From an uncultured virus (IMG/VR IMGVR_UViG_3300021387_000016) (taxonomy: Duplodnaviria > Heunggongvirae > Uroviricota > Caudoviricetes), in IMG/VR virus record IMGVR_UViG_3300021387_000016: a stretch of 34,043 nucleotides of DNA; one strand, 5' to 3'. The notes under the pieces are model-generated. The model had not been told where the DNA came from. It ran no database searches and saw nothing but the letters and a program-made list of their open reading frames with translations. Positions 1 through 9,598 of this stretch are shown piece by piece (the stretch's first letter is position 1; the number at the start of each line of letters is the position of its first letter). The position numbers and the translations under genes are program-made.

Positions 1-125
1 GGCAGTTCTTTTTTTGCGTCTTTGATGCTTATTGTGCATAAATCCTGTTTTTCTCACCCCTAAGAGAAAAATACCATGCTAACCAACAGGGGGAGTACTT
101 AACTCCCCCAACTCCCTTAAAAATT

Positions 126-1889
126 ATGAACGAGATATTAAAAGATAGTCAGGGAATCGCCAGATACCTTGAAAGACACAAAATTGACGAAAACGTAATT
201 AGAGAAAGTATTAGTTTGGTTGATAGAGCTTTCTATACAGAAAAAGACACTCAACTTGGGAAAAGAATGGGTGCACTTGCCAAACAGTATGTCAGACAAA
301 ACATCATGGATATGACTGGTGGACTGTCTTTTGAAAAATTAGAAGAATTAACCCAAAAAAACAAAGATAACTCTATAGCTCAGATACATTACTATTACGA
401 CATATTACGACTTGAAGCACCTTTTATTTTGGACAGTTATAAGCTCTATATTGAAAAAGATCGTCCAAGAAAAGACCGATTTTACGAGCCACGCAGAAAA
501 ACTCTGATTAAGGTAACGGAAGCTGTTCAAAGGCTTGAAGATAATGAGCTGGATATTTTATTTCTACATCAGCCTCCGCGAACAGGAAAAAGCGGAGATA
601 TGACTATGGATACATCCTGGCATTGTTCAAGAGATCCAGAGTTATCAAATCTCTATGTGACATACAAAGAAGGCTTGGGTGGAGCTTTTTTAGATGGTGT
701 TATCGAAACATTAACAGACCCAACGTATTGCCATAAAGACGTTTTTCCAGACGTAAAAATAAATGAAACTGACGCAAAAAACAACAAACTTGACCTAAGA
801 AAAGAGGGTGGCCGAAAAACAAAGAAGTATAAAACCCTCTCCGGAAAAGGTCTGGAGTCTGGATTAAATGGTGAATACGATGCAAGCGGATGGCTTCTTA
901 TAGATGACCCACTTGAAGGTGTTCAGGATGTAATGTCAGAGGAAGTCTTAAAAAGAAAACAGACTATTTTTGACAACAACGTTCTGTCAAGAAAAAAAGA
1001 AAATTGCAAGGTTATCTGCATAGGAACATTGTGGGCAACTAATGACCTTTTCATGAATTATCTTGATTTCATAGAAACAAGGCCTGAAATGAAGGATACT
1101 CGCTATGAAATTATCAAGATTCCAGCACTAGATCCTAATACTGACGAGAGTAATTTCGAATATGATTATGGAGTAGGCTTTTCCACCAAGTATTATCAGA
1201 GTTTAAGAGCAAAATTTGAGAATAACGATGATATGGTCGGATGGTTTTGTCAGTATCAGCAAACACCTATTGACCGTGTTGGAGCAGTATTTAATCCTCA
1301 ACACATGAGATATTACAGTACGCTCCCAGGAATAGAACCACTAAAGGTTATCTCTCATGTGGACGTTGCTCTAGGCGGCGCAGACTATTTGGCAATGCCT
1401 GTTGTATATTACTACGAAGATGAAGAAGATGGACTGGTTGGATATGTTGAGGATGTTGTTTTTGATAACTCCGAGAAGCATATAACAGAGCCACAGGTTA
1501 TAGCCATGGTCAAAAAGCATATCATTAAGCATCTACACTTTGAGGCAAACCAGGGTGGCGAAGGATATGCGGACGATATACGAAAAGCTCTGGCAGAGGA
1601 TAAAGAGTACAAAGAAGTCTGTAATATTTCATCTGATTGGGCATTAACCACCAAAAGAAAACAACAAAGGATTTTTGATAACGCAGAAAGCATACGAAAA
1701 CTTTATTTCAAAGACCCACAACATCGTAGTATTCAATACCAAAGATTTATGAATAATCTCTTTAGGTTTTCAACAAATATGAGAAAAAGAGAAAATGATG
1801 ATGCACCTGATGCTTTATCAGGACTTGTTGATTTTGAAAAGCATGGGACTGGAATTAAGACAGCAAGAATTATCCAAAGTCCAATCTAA
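126..1889 (+). CDS. terL: Terminase large subunit
   Basis: 587 aa; Walker A-like HQPPRTGKS, Walker B LLIDDP, RNase H-like nuclease motifs (HVDVALGGADY, FEANQGG, DDAPDAL); upstream of portal. Confidence 0.93.
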   Translation: MNEILKDSQGIARYLERHKIDENVIRESISLVDRAFYTEKDTQLGKRMGALAKQYVRQNIMDMTGGLSFEKLEELTQKNKDNSIAQIHYYYDILRLEAPFILDSYKLYIEKDRPRKDRFYEPRRKTLIKVTEAVQRLEDNELDILFLHQPPRTGKSGDMTMDTSWHCSRDPELSNLYVTYKEGLGGAFLDGVIETLTDPTYCHKDVFPDVKINETDAKNNKLDLRKEGGRKTKKYKTLSGKGLESGLNGEYDASGWLLIDDPLEGVQDVMSEEVLKRKQTIFDNNVLSRKKENCKVICIGTLWATNDLFMNYLDFIETRPEMKDTRYEIIKIPALDPNTDESNFEYDYGVGFSTKYYQSLRAKFENNDDMVGWFCQYQQTPIDRVGAVFNPQHMRYYSTLPGIEPLKVISHVDVALGGADYLAMPVVYYYEDEEDGLVGYVEDVVFDNSEKHITEPQVIAMVKKHIIKHLHFEANQGGEGYADDIRKALAEDKEYKEVCNISSDWALTTKRKQQRIFDNAESIRKLYFKDPQHRSIQYQRFMNNLFRFSTNMRKRENDDAPDALSGLVDFEKHGTGIKTARIIQSPI

Positions 1890-1909
1890 ACATAAGGGGG
1901 AAAAGCATA

Positions 1910-2071
1910 ATGAAAGCACCACAGATTATAATGATTGTTCTCTATAGTATTGCAGTATTCACATCACTGCTTAAGCACGGAGAGTCCAAGGGAGAATATA
2001 ACTTTTGGGCATCTCTTATAGCAACAGCTATTGAAGTTTTAATTCTAAAATGGGGTGGATTTTGGGGATGA
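1910..2071 (+). CDS. Small 53-aa membrane protein (not in ORF track)
   Basis: AAGGGGG SD; MKAPQIIMIVLYSIAVFTSLLKHGESKGEYNFWASLIATAIEVLILKWGGFWG with two hydrophobic segments; stop overlaps the next ATG (ATGA). Confidence 0.7.
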   Translation: MKAPQIIMIVLYSIAVFTSLLKHGESKGEYNFWASLIATAIEVLILKWGGFWG

Positions 2072-2232
2072 TTTATATGTTTGCATTTAAGGTATTCACA
2101 ACAACACTTATCGCACTTCTTATGCTGATTATCTTTTTTAATGGGTTAAAAGTTACGGATAATTCTACAAAAATGGTCAGCCTAATAATGTTTGCAATCC
2201 AAGGTTTTGCCATTATCGCTATTTGGGGGTAA
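2068..2232 (+). CDS. Small 2-TM hypothetical protein
   Basis: Hydrophobic ORF; start at 2068 preferred because of the ATGA overlap with the upstream gene. Confidence 0.6.
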   Translation: MIYMFAFKVFTTTLIALLMLIIFFNGLKVTDNSTKMVSLIMFAIQGFAIIAIWG

Positions 2233-2235
2233 TAA

Positions 2236-2646
2236 ATGAACAAAAGAGAAATAAAACTTGATAAATATGGAATTAGCGGAAAAAGAGTCAAGGAACTTTG
2301 TGGCTTTTGCGAGCAATATCCTGATTGGAAAAAAGAAATAACAGATCATGCTTTTATTTCTGCAATTCAGTATGGTGACGAACCCAAGCCGTCTAATCAT
2401 AATAATTCAGATTCTACCGCCATACATGCTCTTAAAATGCTAAAGTTTAAAAGAAACTGTGACCTTATAGAAAAAGTGGCCAAAGAAGCAGATCCTGAGA
2501 ATTGGGAATATTTGATTAAAGCAATATGCTATGAAGTACCTTTGACATATCTTATCAGCGTAGAGGGTATGCATATTTCTCCTTCTGCATTTTATGAGAG
2601 AAGAAGGTACTTTTTTTATCTGCTGGATATAGAAAAGAACAAGTGA
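2236..2646 (+). CDS. Putative phage late transcriptional regulator (ArpU/RinA-like)
   Basis: 136 aa with ELxxFCxQYPDWK and C-terminal SxxxFYxRRRYFFYLLD, resembling Clostridial phage regulators found near terminase genes. Confidence 0.5.
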   Translation: MNKREIKLDKYGISGKRVKELCGFCEQYPDWKKEITDHAFISAIQYGDEPKPSNHNNSDSTAIHALKMLKFKRNCDLIEKVAKEADPENWEYLIKAICYEVPLTYLISVEGMHISPSAFYERRRYFFYLLDIEKNK

Positions 2647-2744
2647 ATATGCTAGAATATGCAAGGTGCTACCAAAAACGGTAGGCGGTTGGCCTTATCC
2701 TAACGAAAGGAGGTAAAAATCCAATCGAAAGGAGGGCTTTGTTT

Positions 2745-2867
2745 ATGGTATTGACTATCGAAGGCTTAATAGCTGTCCTTAGCTTCGGCATTGGATGCTT
2801 TGCTCTTGGTTATGCAATAGCTAGTAACAAAAATGACCGCCCCAGCCAAGGTAACGGTCATTTCTAA
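2745..2867 (+). CDS. Putative type I TA toxin, 40-aa single-TM peptide
   Basis: GAAAGGAGG SD; MVLTIEGLIAVLSFGIGCFALGYAIASNKNDRPSQGNGHF; mRNA ends are complementary (2663-2696 with 2884-2910); extended -10 TGcTAGAAT at 2650-2658. Confidence 0.7.
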   Translation: MVLTIEGLIAVLSFGIGCFALGYAIASNKNDRPSQGNGHF

Positions 2868-2950
2868 ATTTGACTAAAAACTAAAGGCCAACCGTCTATC
2901 GGTAGCACTTTTTTGTATCTATATAATACCACAAACAAATATAAAGTCAA
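2826..2950 (-). ncRNA. Putative antisense antitoxin RNA with its sigma-A promoter and terminator
   Basis: Minus-strand TTGACT (2950-2945), 16 nt, TATTAT (2928-2923); hairpin 2831-2863 followed by a U-run on the minus strand; overlaps the toxin 3' region. Confidence 0.6.
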
Positions 2951-3025
2951 AATTTATAAAATGCGTAAATCCAGGACGTGTGTACACCCTATAATACATA
3001 TCGTAGAAAACTATGAAAACATTCA

Positions 3026-3060
3026 AGGCGGTTGACCCTTAAAAGGTTAGCCGCTTTTTT
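3026..3060 (+). terminator. Intrinsic terminator before portal
   Basis: GGCGGTTGACC-loop-GGTTAGCCGC followed by a T-run. Confidence 0.65.
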
Positions 3061-3074
3061 AATGCGGTGGCGAA

Positions 3075-4658
3075 ATGAACGGACGTATAAAGATAAAGAC
3101 CAATGTTAAGGTCATAACTAAGGACAATATCATAGAAGTTCTTCAAAAAGCACTTGGCCAACATCTGATAAATGCAACCAGGATAAAAGAGCTTATAGAT
3201 TTTGAAGAAGGTATACAGCCACTACAGAGAGAAAAGAAATACAGACCAGATATTGATTGTGTAGTAATTGATAATATAGCAAACCAGATTACGGAGTTTA
3301 AAGTAGCATTAAACTATGGAAATCCAATAACATTTAAAAAAAGAGATAGCATTGAGGATGAAAGCATAGTTAAGGCGGTTCAGGAATGGAACAATCAATA
3401 CATTCTGACAGATGCAGACTCTGATAATCAGGAACTGGCAAGATATTTCGAAATAGGTGGAATCGGAAACACCTTTATCGACATTAACACTGAATGGGAA
3501 GAAGGAGATCCGTATTATAAACGTTCCATCCTAAATCCCATGTATTCACTTGTTATCTATTCGTCATACTATGCAGATGAACGTCCAATGGTGGGTGTTA
3601 TGTTCAGAGTGGACGATGATGGAACACGAAGAATTACTGCTTTTTCTAAAGATTTCAGATTTGAAATAAAGAATTGGCAGATAATAAATCCTGAAACAAA
3701 AGAACCACAAGAGTTTTGGGAACATGATGAGAGAAGTGGAGAAGAGAATCCGCTACATGTTATTCCAATTATCGAGTATTTTAGAGCTTACGATAGAATG
3801 GGTTGTTTTGAAAGACAAATTCCAGCTATGAACAACCTTAATTTATTGTTGTCAGATTTGGCAAATGATATTGACCAAAATACTCAGGTTATCTTTTGGG
3901 CAAATGACTGTGAATTTGAAACTGTTACCGTTATGAATGAAGACGGTTCAGTAACAGAACAGGTTAAGCATCCTAAATCAAATGAGTGGCTACAGACATT
4001 TACATCCAGAGATGGTAAAGTCCCAAAAGTTCAACCATTGACGGTTACTTACGATTATGCTGGTATGATTAAAAACATCCTGACACAGAGATCGTTGATT
4101 CTACAGGAATGTTATGTACCCGAAAGAAATGATAACTCTGGTGGAAGTACTGGTGTAGCAATGAGTGATGCTACCGGATGGAGTGCAGCTGATATTGCAG
4201 CTTCCAAGGAAGAAATGATAATTAAAAAGTGCATTCGCCAAGAGATAAGAGCTATCTGTGCAGCAATTAAGGAAAGTAAATGCCCTACAGATAGTCCTCT
4301 TAGAAATATCAAACCTTCAGACTTAGATCCAAGCATTAAGAGACAGAAGAGTTACGAATTATCTATCAAGACAACTGCGATTGGTAATCTTCTTGGACAA
4401 GGTTTTAGTTTGGAAGATACATTGGATGCCGTACCAAATCTATTCCCAGACCCAGCGCAGGTTATTTCACGCAGTAAAGACGGTGTGGAAAAGAAACAGA
4501 ATCTTGATGATTCTTCGGAAAATAAAGTGACTCCGACAGCTGATGACCCGATAAATCAGATTGGCAACAGCCCTAATGTTGATGGATTGAGTACAAATAC
4601 GAATATTTCTAAATTGGAAACAAAAACAACAACTGTTCAGACTAATAAGGAAGAGTAA
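3075..4658 (+). CDS. Portal protein (SPP1 gp6-like)
   Basis: 527 aa; N.A.QI.EFK....YGNPI, NPLHVIPIIEY...DRMGCFE..I..M..LN, SGGSTGVAM motifs; position after terL. Confidence 0.9.
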   Translation: MNGRIKIKTNVKVITKDNIIEVLQKALGQHLINATRIKELIDFEEGIQPLQREKKYRPDIDCVVIDNIANQITEFKVALNYGNPITFKKRDSIEDESIVKAVQEWNNQYILTDADSDNQELARYFEIGGIGNTFIDINTEWEEGDPYYKRSILNPMYSLVIYSSYYADERPMVGVMFRVDDDGTRRITAFSKDFRFEIKNWQIINPETKEPQEFWEHDERSGEENPLHVIPIIEYFRAYDRMGCFERQIPAMNNLNLLLSDLANDIDQNTQVIFWANDCEFETVTVMNEDGSVTEQVKHPKSNEWLQTFTSRDGKVPKVQPLTVTYDYAGMIKNILTQRSLILQECYVPERNDNSGGSTGVAMSDATGWSAADIAASKEEMIIKKCIRQEIRAICAAIKESKCPTDSPLRNIKPSDLDPSIKRQKSYELSIKTTAIGNLLGQGFSLEDTLDAVPNLFPDPAQVISRSKDGVEKKQNLDDSSENKVTPTADDPINQIGNSPNVDGLSTNTNISKLETKTTTVQTNKEE

Positions 4659-4664
4659 TGCTTT

Positions 4665-5327
4665 ATGGCAAAGTCAAAGATAGATGAGCTGAATATATTA
4701 AGTGCAGATGATGGCTTTGAGGATTCGGAGAACTCCTTTGACTACCATAGTTTTATCGAACATTACTTTGACCCAATGCAGATAAACAAAAAGCAAAAGC
4801 AAGAGCGCATTGAAGCTGCGGAAGAAATCTTCGATGCAATCTTGCTTTTTCTTATATGGTGCGAAAATGCACCTGAGAGAGTTGAAGAAGAAGCAACAAT
4901 CCGCAGTTTTGAGAATATGTACAAGGAAGTCATATTCCAATATAGCGAACCAGATGAATACCTTGATAAGTATGTTGCTTTTTTTATAAACAATCTCATC
5001 AAAGTCACACTGGAGCATCCAAAAGAAGAATACTTTACCTCTGTAGAGAGGGCTGCAAATGTGGCGGCTAACGAATCAAATACTGTAATAAATCATAAGG
5101 AGCTGGAGGACGCGAAACTTTTGGGTTTTACCAAAAAGCGTTGGCTTACAGAATTAGATGAACGTGTAAGAGAAACACATCAAGAGATGGAAGGTGTAAC
5201 AATTCCTATTGATGATTTGTTTCTGGTAGGCGAATCGCTGATGGAAATGCCAAAAGATTCTTCCCATGGAGCAGATCCGAAAGAAATTGTGAATTGCAGA
5301 TGTGTACTTGAATATCTGAGAGATTAA
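4665..5327 (+). CDS. Minor head protein (MuF / SPP1 gp7-like)
   Basis: KKRWLTELDERVRETH...EG...F.VG...P.D......EIVNCRC signature. Confidence 0.88.
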   Translation: MAKSKIDELNILSADDGFEDSENSFDYHSFIEHYFDPMQINKKQKQERIEAAEEIFDAILLFLIWCENAPERVEEEATIRSFENMYKEVIFQYSEPDEYLDKYVAFFINNLIKVTLEHPKEEYFTSVERAANVAANESNTVINHKELEDAKLLGFTKKRWLTELDERVRETHQEMEGVTIPIDDLFLVGESLMEMPKDSSHGADPKEIVNCRCVLEYLRD

Positions 5328-5328
5328 C

Positions 5329-5353
5329 CAAGGGCCTTAAATGGTCTTTTTTA
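5329..5353 (+). terminator. Intrinsic terminator
   Basis: AAGGGCC-loop-GGTCTT followed by a T-run. Confidence 0.5.
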
Positions 5354-5374
5354 TTGCAAAGAAAGAGGTGTGAT

Positions 5375-5566
5375 ATGGCTATATTCGCAATGGCACAGAA
5401 CGACATGGATGGAGTTGCCAACTTAGGATGTGATGGCACTGCCGATGTTCAGAATCTTACTGCTTATGCACAATCAAATAATCTTAAACCTGGTTCAAAC
5501 TGCTATGTTATTGACACAGGGGAATTGTACATGATGAAGTCAGATTTTACTTGGAAGAAACAATAA
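5375..5566 (+). CDS. Small virion-associated protein (possible fibre base)
   Basis: GAGGTG SD before ATG 5375; PGSNCYVIDTGELYMM...W motif; first gene of the fibre block. Confidence 0.55.
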   Translation: MAIFAMAQNDMDGVANLGCDGTADVQNLTAYAQSNNLKPGSNCYVIDTGELYMMKSDFTWKKQ

Positions 5567-5578
5567 GGAGATACAAAC

Positions 5579-6721
5579 ATGAAAGGACTAACCGCATATA
5601 GTTTGTCACGAAAATTTACAGAAGACACCGCAGATGCGCTAGGTGCGGTTAAAGGTGCACCCTGCGAGATAGAAAAAATCGAATATGATGAAGAAGAGGG
5701 AACTGTCACCATAACCTTTTCATGGACGGGTGATAGTGGACAAGTGCAGACCGATACCGCAGTTCTCCATAATGGTGAGGACGGAAAAGACGGTAAGGAT
5801 GGTTCAGAAGTTTCGGTAAATGCTATTCAAAAAACAGGCACAAAGATTGCAGAAGTTACCATTGATGGCACAAAGTATGACTTATATGCGCCTAAAGGTG
5901 GCGGTGGTGGAAGCGCAGAGCTTTCAGAAGATTTGACCACAGCAATCTCAGTAGGTGGCATAGCAAGTGGAACAACATATGAAGCAGGCACGCCACTTGA
6001 AGACCTTTTTAGAGACATGCTTGAACCTACACTTTATCCGTCATTTACTAATCCTAGTGCATCTCTTGCATATAACGCAAATCAATATTATGCAGTAGGT
6101 GCGACAGTTTCTGCTATGACAGGTACAGTTACTTTAAATCGTGGAACTATAAATCCAGCATACGGCACATCGGGAAAGAGGTCTGGTGAAGCGACAGGCT
6201 ATTCTATTTCTACAAGCGGTGCAGATACAGAGTATTCCGATTCAAGTGAAAATAGTGGAACATTTAGTGTGCCTGCACTTACAAGAGCAACTAAAGGAAC
6301 TATTATCGTTACAGGTACAGCAAGCTATGCACAAGGCGAACAACCAAAGGATTCCAAAGGAAACAACTACAATAGTCCACTTCCAGCAGGTAGCGTAAGT
6401 GGTAGTAAGACTTTGAATTTTATACAGCCGTATTACTACGGAAAATCTGCCAGTTCAGCGATCTCTGATTTTACTGGATTAACAGAAAGCGTAACAGCAA
6501 AGGGACAAAAGACTTTTAACTATACAACAAACAATGAGTACATGGTATTTGCCTATGATTCTTCATATGGCAACCTTAAGACCATTCTTGACGGAAACGG
6601 ATTTGATGTCACAGGTGGTTGGACAAAGAATACATTAACAGTTGGTGGATTCAGCTACTTCGTATATGTATCCAATTCACCTACAACAGATACGAACGCA
6701 CCATTCACATTTAAGTATTGA
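5579..6721 (+). CDS. Fibre/adhesin-like structural protein A
   Basis: Short collagen-like GEDGKDGKDG, Gly linker, T/S/G-rich beta region; C-terminal half homologous to that of 6740-7864. Confidence 0.6.
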   Translation: MKGLTAYSLSRKFTEDTADALGAVKGAPCEIEKIEYDEEEGTVTITFSWTGDSGQVQTDTAVLHNGEDGKDGKDGSEVSVNAIQKTGTKIAEVTIDGTKYDLYAPKGGGGGSAELSEDLTTAISVGGIASGTTYEAGTPLEDLFRDMLEPTLYPSFTNPSASLAYNANQYYAVGATVSAMTGTVTLNRGTINPAYGTSGKRSGEATGYSISTSGADTEYSDSSENSGTFSVPALTRATKGTIIVTGTASYAQGEQPKDSKGNNYNSPLPAGSVSGSKTLNFIQPYYYGKSASSAISDFTGLTESVTAKGQKTFNYTTNNEYMVFAYDSSYGNLKTILDGNGFDVTGGWTKNTLTVGGFSYFVYVSNSPTTDTNAPFTFKY

Positions 6722-6739
6722 TAATCAAGGAGAAAAGAT

Positions 6740-7864
6740 ATGGCTATCAATGTATCCCAGGCTTTTCATAGAACATCAGCTAATCCGGTTGATGATACAT
6801 TAACATTGACCAAGGCCCAAATGCTTGCGGCCAATGATAATCTAATGCCAAGTAAATATCTTACAATCTGTCAGGATGATGGCTTTATCTATCTTTATGA
6901 CAAGACTAATACCGCAGATGAACAGACAGGAAAGTTCCGTAAGTTTGAGGGCGGAAGTGGTCAGGAGATCCAAGTTTCCGAAATGCCAACTGCGGCAGAG
7001 GCACTTGTAGGAACAATCGTGCAGTTTGTTGGTACAACAGATAGCACATATACGAATGGATATTTTTATGAGTGTGTAAGTGATGGGGAATCCACACCTA
7101 CATATTCATGGACACAAAAAAATGTGCAGCCTAGTGGTGGAAGCGGTGATGCTTCACTTACAACCGCAGTAACATCTAACCTTGCTGTAGGAGCTATCCC
7201 ATCAGGAACAACTCTCGCACAGGGAACAACCTTTACAGAGTTTGCACAGAAACTTCTTATTACTGAGATCGCTCCTACTACAACATTTACTGCAAGTGGA
7301 AGTGGTGTAAAGGAAGTTGGTACATCTGTTACACCAACTCTTACACTCACTATCACAGGCACAGGAACAGGAACTCCTACATCCATCAAGTTCTATGATG
7401 GTTCTACACTTATTGATACACAGGCTTATGTGGATGGAACAACATCATACACATTCACAATGGATGCAGTAACCACCACAAAGACCGTAAAGGGTGTATT
7501 GGAGTACAAGAAGTCGGATAACACTGATGGAACTATCGAGAAGAGTGCAACATATACATTTGTTATGGCTTCTTACTATGGAGCAGTTACAACAGCACCT
7601 ACAGACAAGGCAGGTATTATTGCACTTACAAAGAATGTCAAGAATACAAGAGCACTCACTACTACATTCACATTGTCAAACCAGAGGTCTTGCTACTGTT
7701 ATCCTGCAAGTATGGGTAATCTATCGAGCATAAAAGACGGAAATAATTTTGAATACATTAATTCGTACACAAAGACAAATGTTACTGTTGACGATGTAAG
7801 TTACAACGTTTACACATTGACTGATCCTGTAACTGCATCTGGATTCAAGCAAATTTATGCATAA
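6740..7864 (+). CDS. Fibre/adhesin-like structural protein B
   Basis: N-domain shared with 7882-9345; C-region shared with 5579-6721; Thr-rich Ig-like segment. Confidence 0.6.
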   Translation: MAINVSQAFHRTSANPVDDTLTLTKAQMLAANDNLMPSKYLTICQDDGFIYLYDKTNTADEQTGKFRKFEGGSGQEIQVSEMPTAAEALVGTIVQFVGTTDSTYTNGYFYECVSDGESTPTYSWTQKNVQPSGGSGDASLTTAVTSNLAVGAIPSGTTLAQGTTFTEFAQKLLITEIAPTTTFTASGSGVKEVGTSVTPTLTLTITGTGTGTPTSIKFYDGSTLIDTQAYVDGTTSYTFTMDAVTTTKTVKGVLEYKKSDNTDGTIEKSATYTFVMASYYGAVTTAPTDKAGIIALTKNVKNTRALTTTFTLSNQRSCYCYPASMGNLSSIKDGNNFEYINSYTKTNVTVDDVSYNVYTLTDPVTASGFKQIYA

Positions 7865-7881
7865 AGAAAGGGGGAAAGACT

Positions 7882-9345
7882 ATGAGCCTTGTCATCGGCG
7901 ATAATTTCAGTTTTCAAGGTGCAAAGCCCCTTGATGCGAGGTTGAAATATTCTACAGTTGCAGAAATGAAGGCAGTTGGTGATTCCACTATGTATGATGG
8001 ATGTCTCGCTTATTGTTCTGAGACTGATAAGACATACCAGTGGAAATCAACAAATACAGTAGATGCTACTACAGGCAGATGGAGAGAGTTTTCAAGTGGT
8101 GGTGGTAGTGGCACAGATGAAAATGCTTATCATACAACAGATTCAGCAGAAACAGATATAAGTGATACAGATTATTTCCCATTCTTAGATAGTAATACAC
8201 CTAAGAAGTCTTTGTGGAGCAATATTAAGGCTAAATTAAAGACTTATTTCGATACTCTTTATGACCTTAATAATGACGATATTGTTAAGTATGCCGAATG
8301 TGGAACAGAAGCTTCAATAACCGCTAAAACTGCTAATGTTTCAAGAGGTTCATTTAAGCTCGTTGCAGGTTCTAAGGTTGCAGTAAGATTTTCTTATGCC
8401 AATACTGCTACTTCTCCAACACTAAATATCAATAGTACAGGAGCAAAAGCAATAAAGGCAATTAATTCAAGTGGTTCTTACGTTGAACCTACTAATTGGA
8501 ATAGTAATGATATAGTAACATTTATATATAATGGTTCATATTATATAATGCAACCTTCATTTGGTACATTACCTAGTATCCCTGTAGTTGGAACTATCAA
8601 TCGTAGTGATATATACGATACTACAGAGAAAGTAATTGGTTGTATGACAGATGGTCGTCCTCTGTACCAAAAAACATTTGTAGGAACATCAAATAGTAGT
8701 GGGAATATAACAAGTGTAGGTACTCTATCAAATGCTAGAGTTTATAATATAAAGGGTGTCATAAGTAATACATCTACTACTATGGCAAATTCAACTACAT
8801 CAATTAACATTCCTGTAGGAGCAACTACTACTTCTGGCTCTGCGCTTGATGTTTCAATATTTGCTTATTTTGATACATCTACTATTTATTTAGCTGTAGC
8901 AGATAATGCAAATACTTATAGAAATAAAGGTTATGCAATTACTGTTCAATACACCAAGACTACAGATTCAGCTAATTCCTACAACTATGCTAATGAAAAC
9001 GACTACTCCACATCTGAGAAGATAATAGGAACTTGGATAAATGGAGAAACGCTTTATCAACGTACTTATACAGGAACTTTCCCATCATCTTTTAATAGTA
9101 ATGAAGGAATTATTAACATTGCTACATCATATACATATACTCCTGTTGAAATATTAGGATATGCATATTATAAAGATGGTACAATATATGGTAGTTTACA
9201 AATGCCTTACTATGATGGAACAAATGCAATAGTTCTTCAGACAAATACCTCAACGAAAACTTTAGAAATGTTCTATACAAAAGGAAGTTCAATATCTTAT
9301 CTAAAAAGTAGACCTTACTATGTAACAGTTAAATATATTAAATAA
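7882..9345 (+). CDS. Fibre/receptor-binding-like protein C with two tandem C-terminal repeats
   Basis: GSKVAVRFSYANTATSPTLNINSTGAKAI fibre motif; repeats YDTTEKVIG..DGRPLYQKTF...ITVQYTK and YSTSEKIIGTWINGETLYQRTY...VTVKYIK. Confidence 0.65.
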   Translation: MSLVIGDNFSFQGAKPLDARLKYSTVAEMKAVGDSTMYDGCLAYCSETDKTYQWKSTNTVDATTGRWREFSSGGGSGTDENAYHTTDSAETDISDTDYFPFLDSNTPKKSLWSNIKAKLKTYFDTLYDLNNDDIVKYAECGTEASITAKTANVSRGSFKLVAGSKVAVRFSYANTATSPTLNINSTGAKAIKAINSSGSYVEPTNWNSNDIVTFIYNGSYYIMQPSFGTLPSIPVVGTINRSDIYDTTEKVIGCMTDGRPLYQKTFVGTSNSSGNITSVGTLSNARVYNIKGVISNTSTTMANSTTSINIPVGATTTSGSALDVSIFAYFDTSTIYLAVADNANTYRNKGYAITVQYTKTTDSANSYNYANENDYSTSEKIIGTWINGETLYQRTYTGTFPSSFNSNEGIINIATSYTYTPVEILGYAYYKDGTIYGSLQMPYYDGTNAIVLQTNTSTKTLEMFYTKGSSISYLKSRPYYVTVKYIK

Positions 9346-9346
9346 A

Positions 9347-9433
9347 AGCACTATCCCTATATATATAAAGCTAATACATGGCGAATATAACAGAGGTAAG
9401 ACTTATTGTTTAACAATACAATATACAAAGTAA
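9347..9433 (+). pseudogene. Start-less remnant of an additional fibre C-terminal repeat
   Basis: Reads STIPIYIKLIHGEYNRGKTYCLTIQYTK*, matching the repeat end STIYL...YRNKGYAITVQYTK of the upstream gene. Confidence 0.55.
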
Positions 9434-9509
9434 TATTAAAGGAGTAATAAATGAGTTTACTTACAGAGGAATAGTTCGCAAAAGAAGAACATCAATGTGT
9501 TATAATCCT

Positions 9510-9591
9510 TATGTGGCTAGGCTGACGAGCCGAAAGCACGTTATCGCTACGTGTTGCCACATAGCAATTAGCGAGTTTACGAAAGCGAGGT
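9510..9591 (+). ncRNA. Structured leader/antisense-type RNA, copy 1
   Basis: Closing stem TATGTGGC/GCCACATA; CTAGG..CCGAAAGCA core; loop TCGCTA complementary to TAGCGA (9569) and AGCGA in the RBS (9582-9591); TATAAT at 9501. Confidence 0.6.
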
Positions 9592-9598
9592 AAACAAA

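Noticed and set aside
2960..2998. TATAAT at 2990 as the activator-dependent late promoter
   Set aside because: Plausible but no -35 or operator can be supported in AT-rich sequence; left uncalled.
9521..9536. CTGACGA..GAAA resembling a hammerhead ribozyme core
   Set aside because: Only 3 nt for stem II, and the homologous copy at 30980 lacks CUGANGA.
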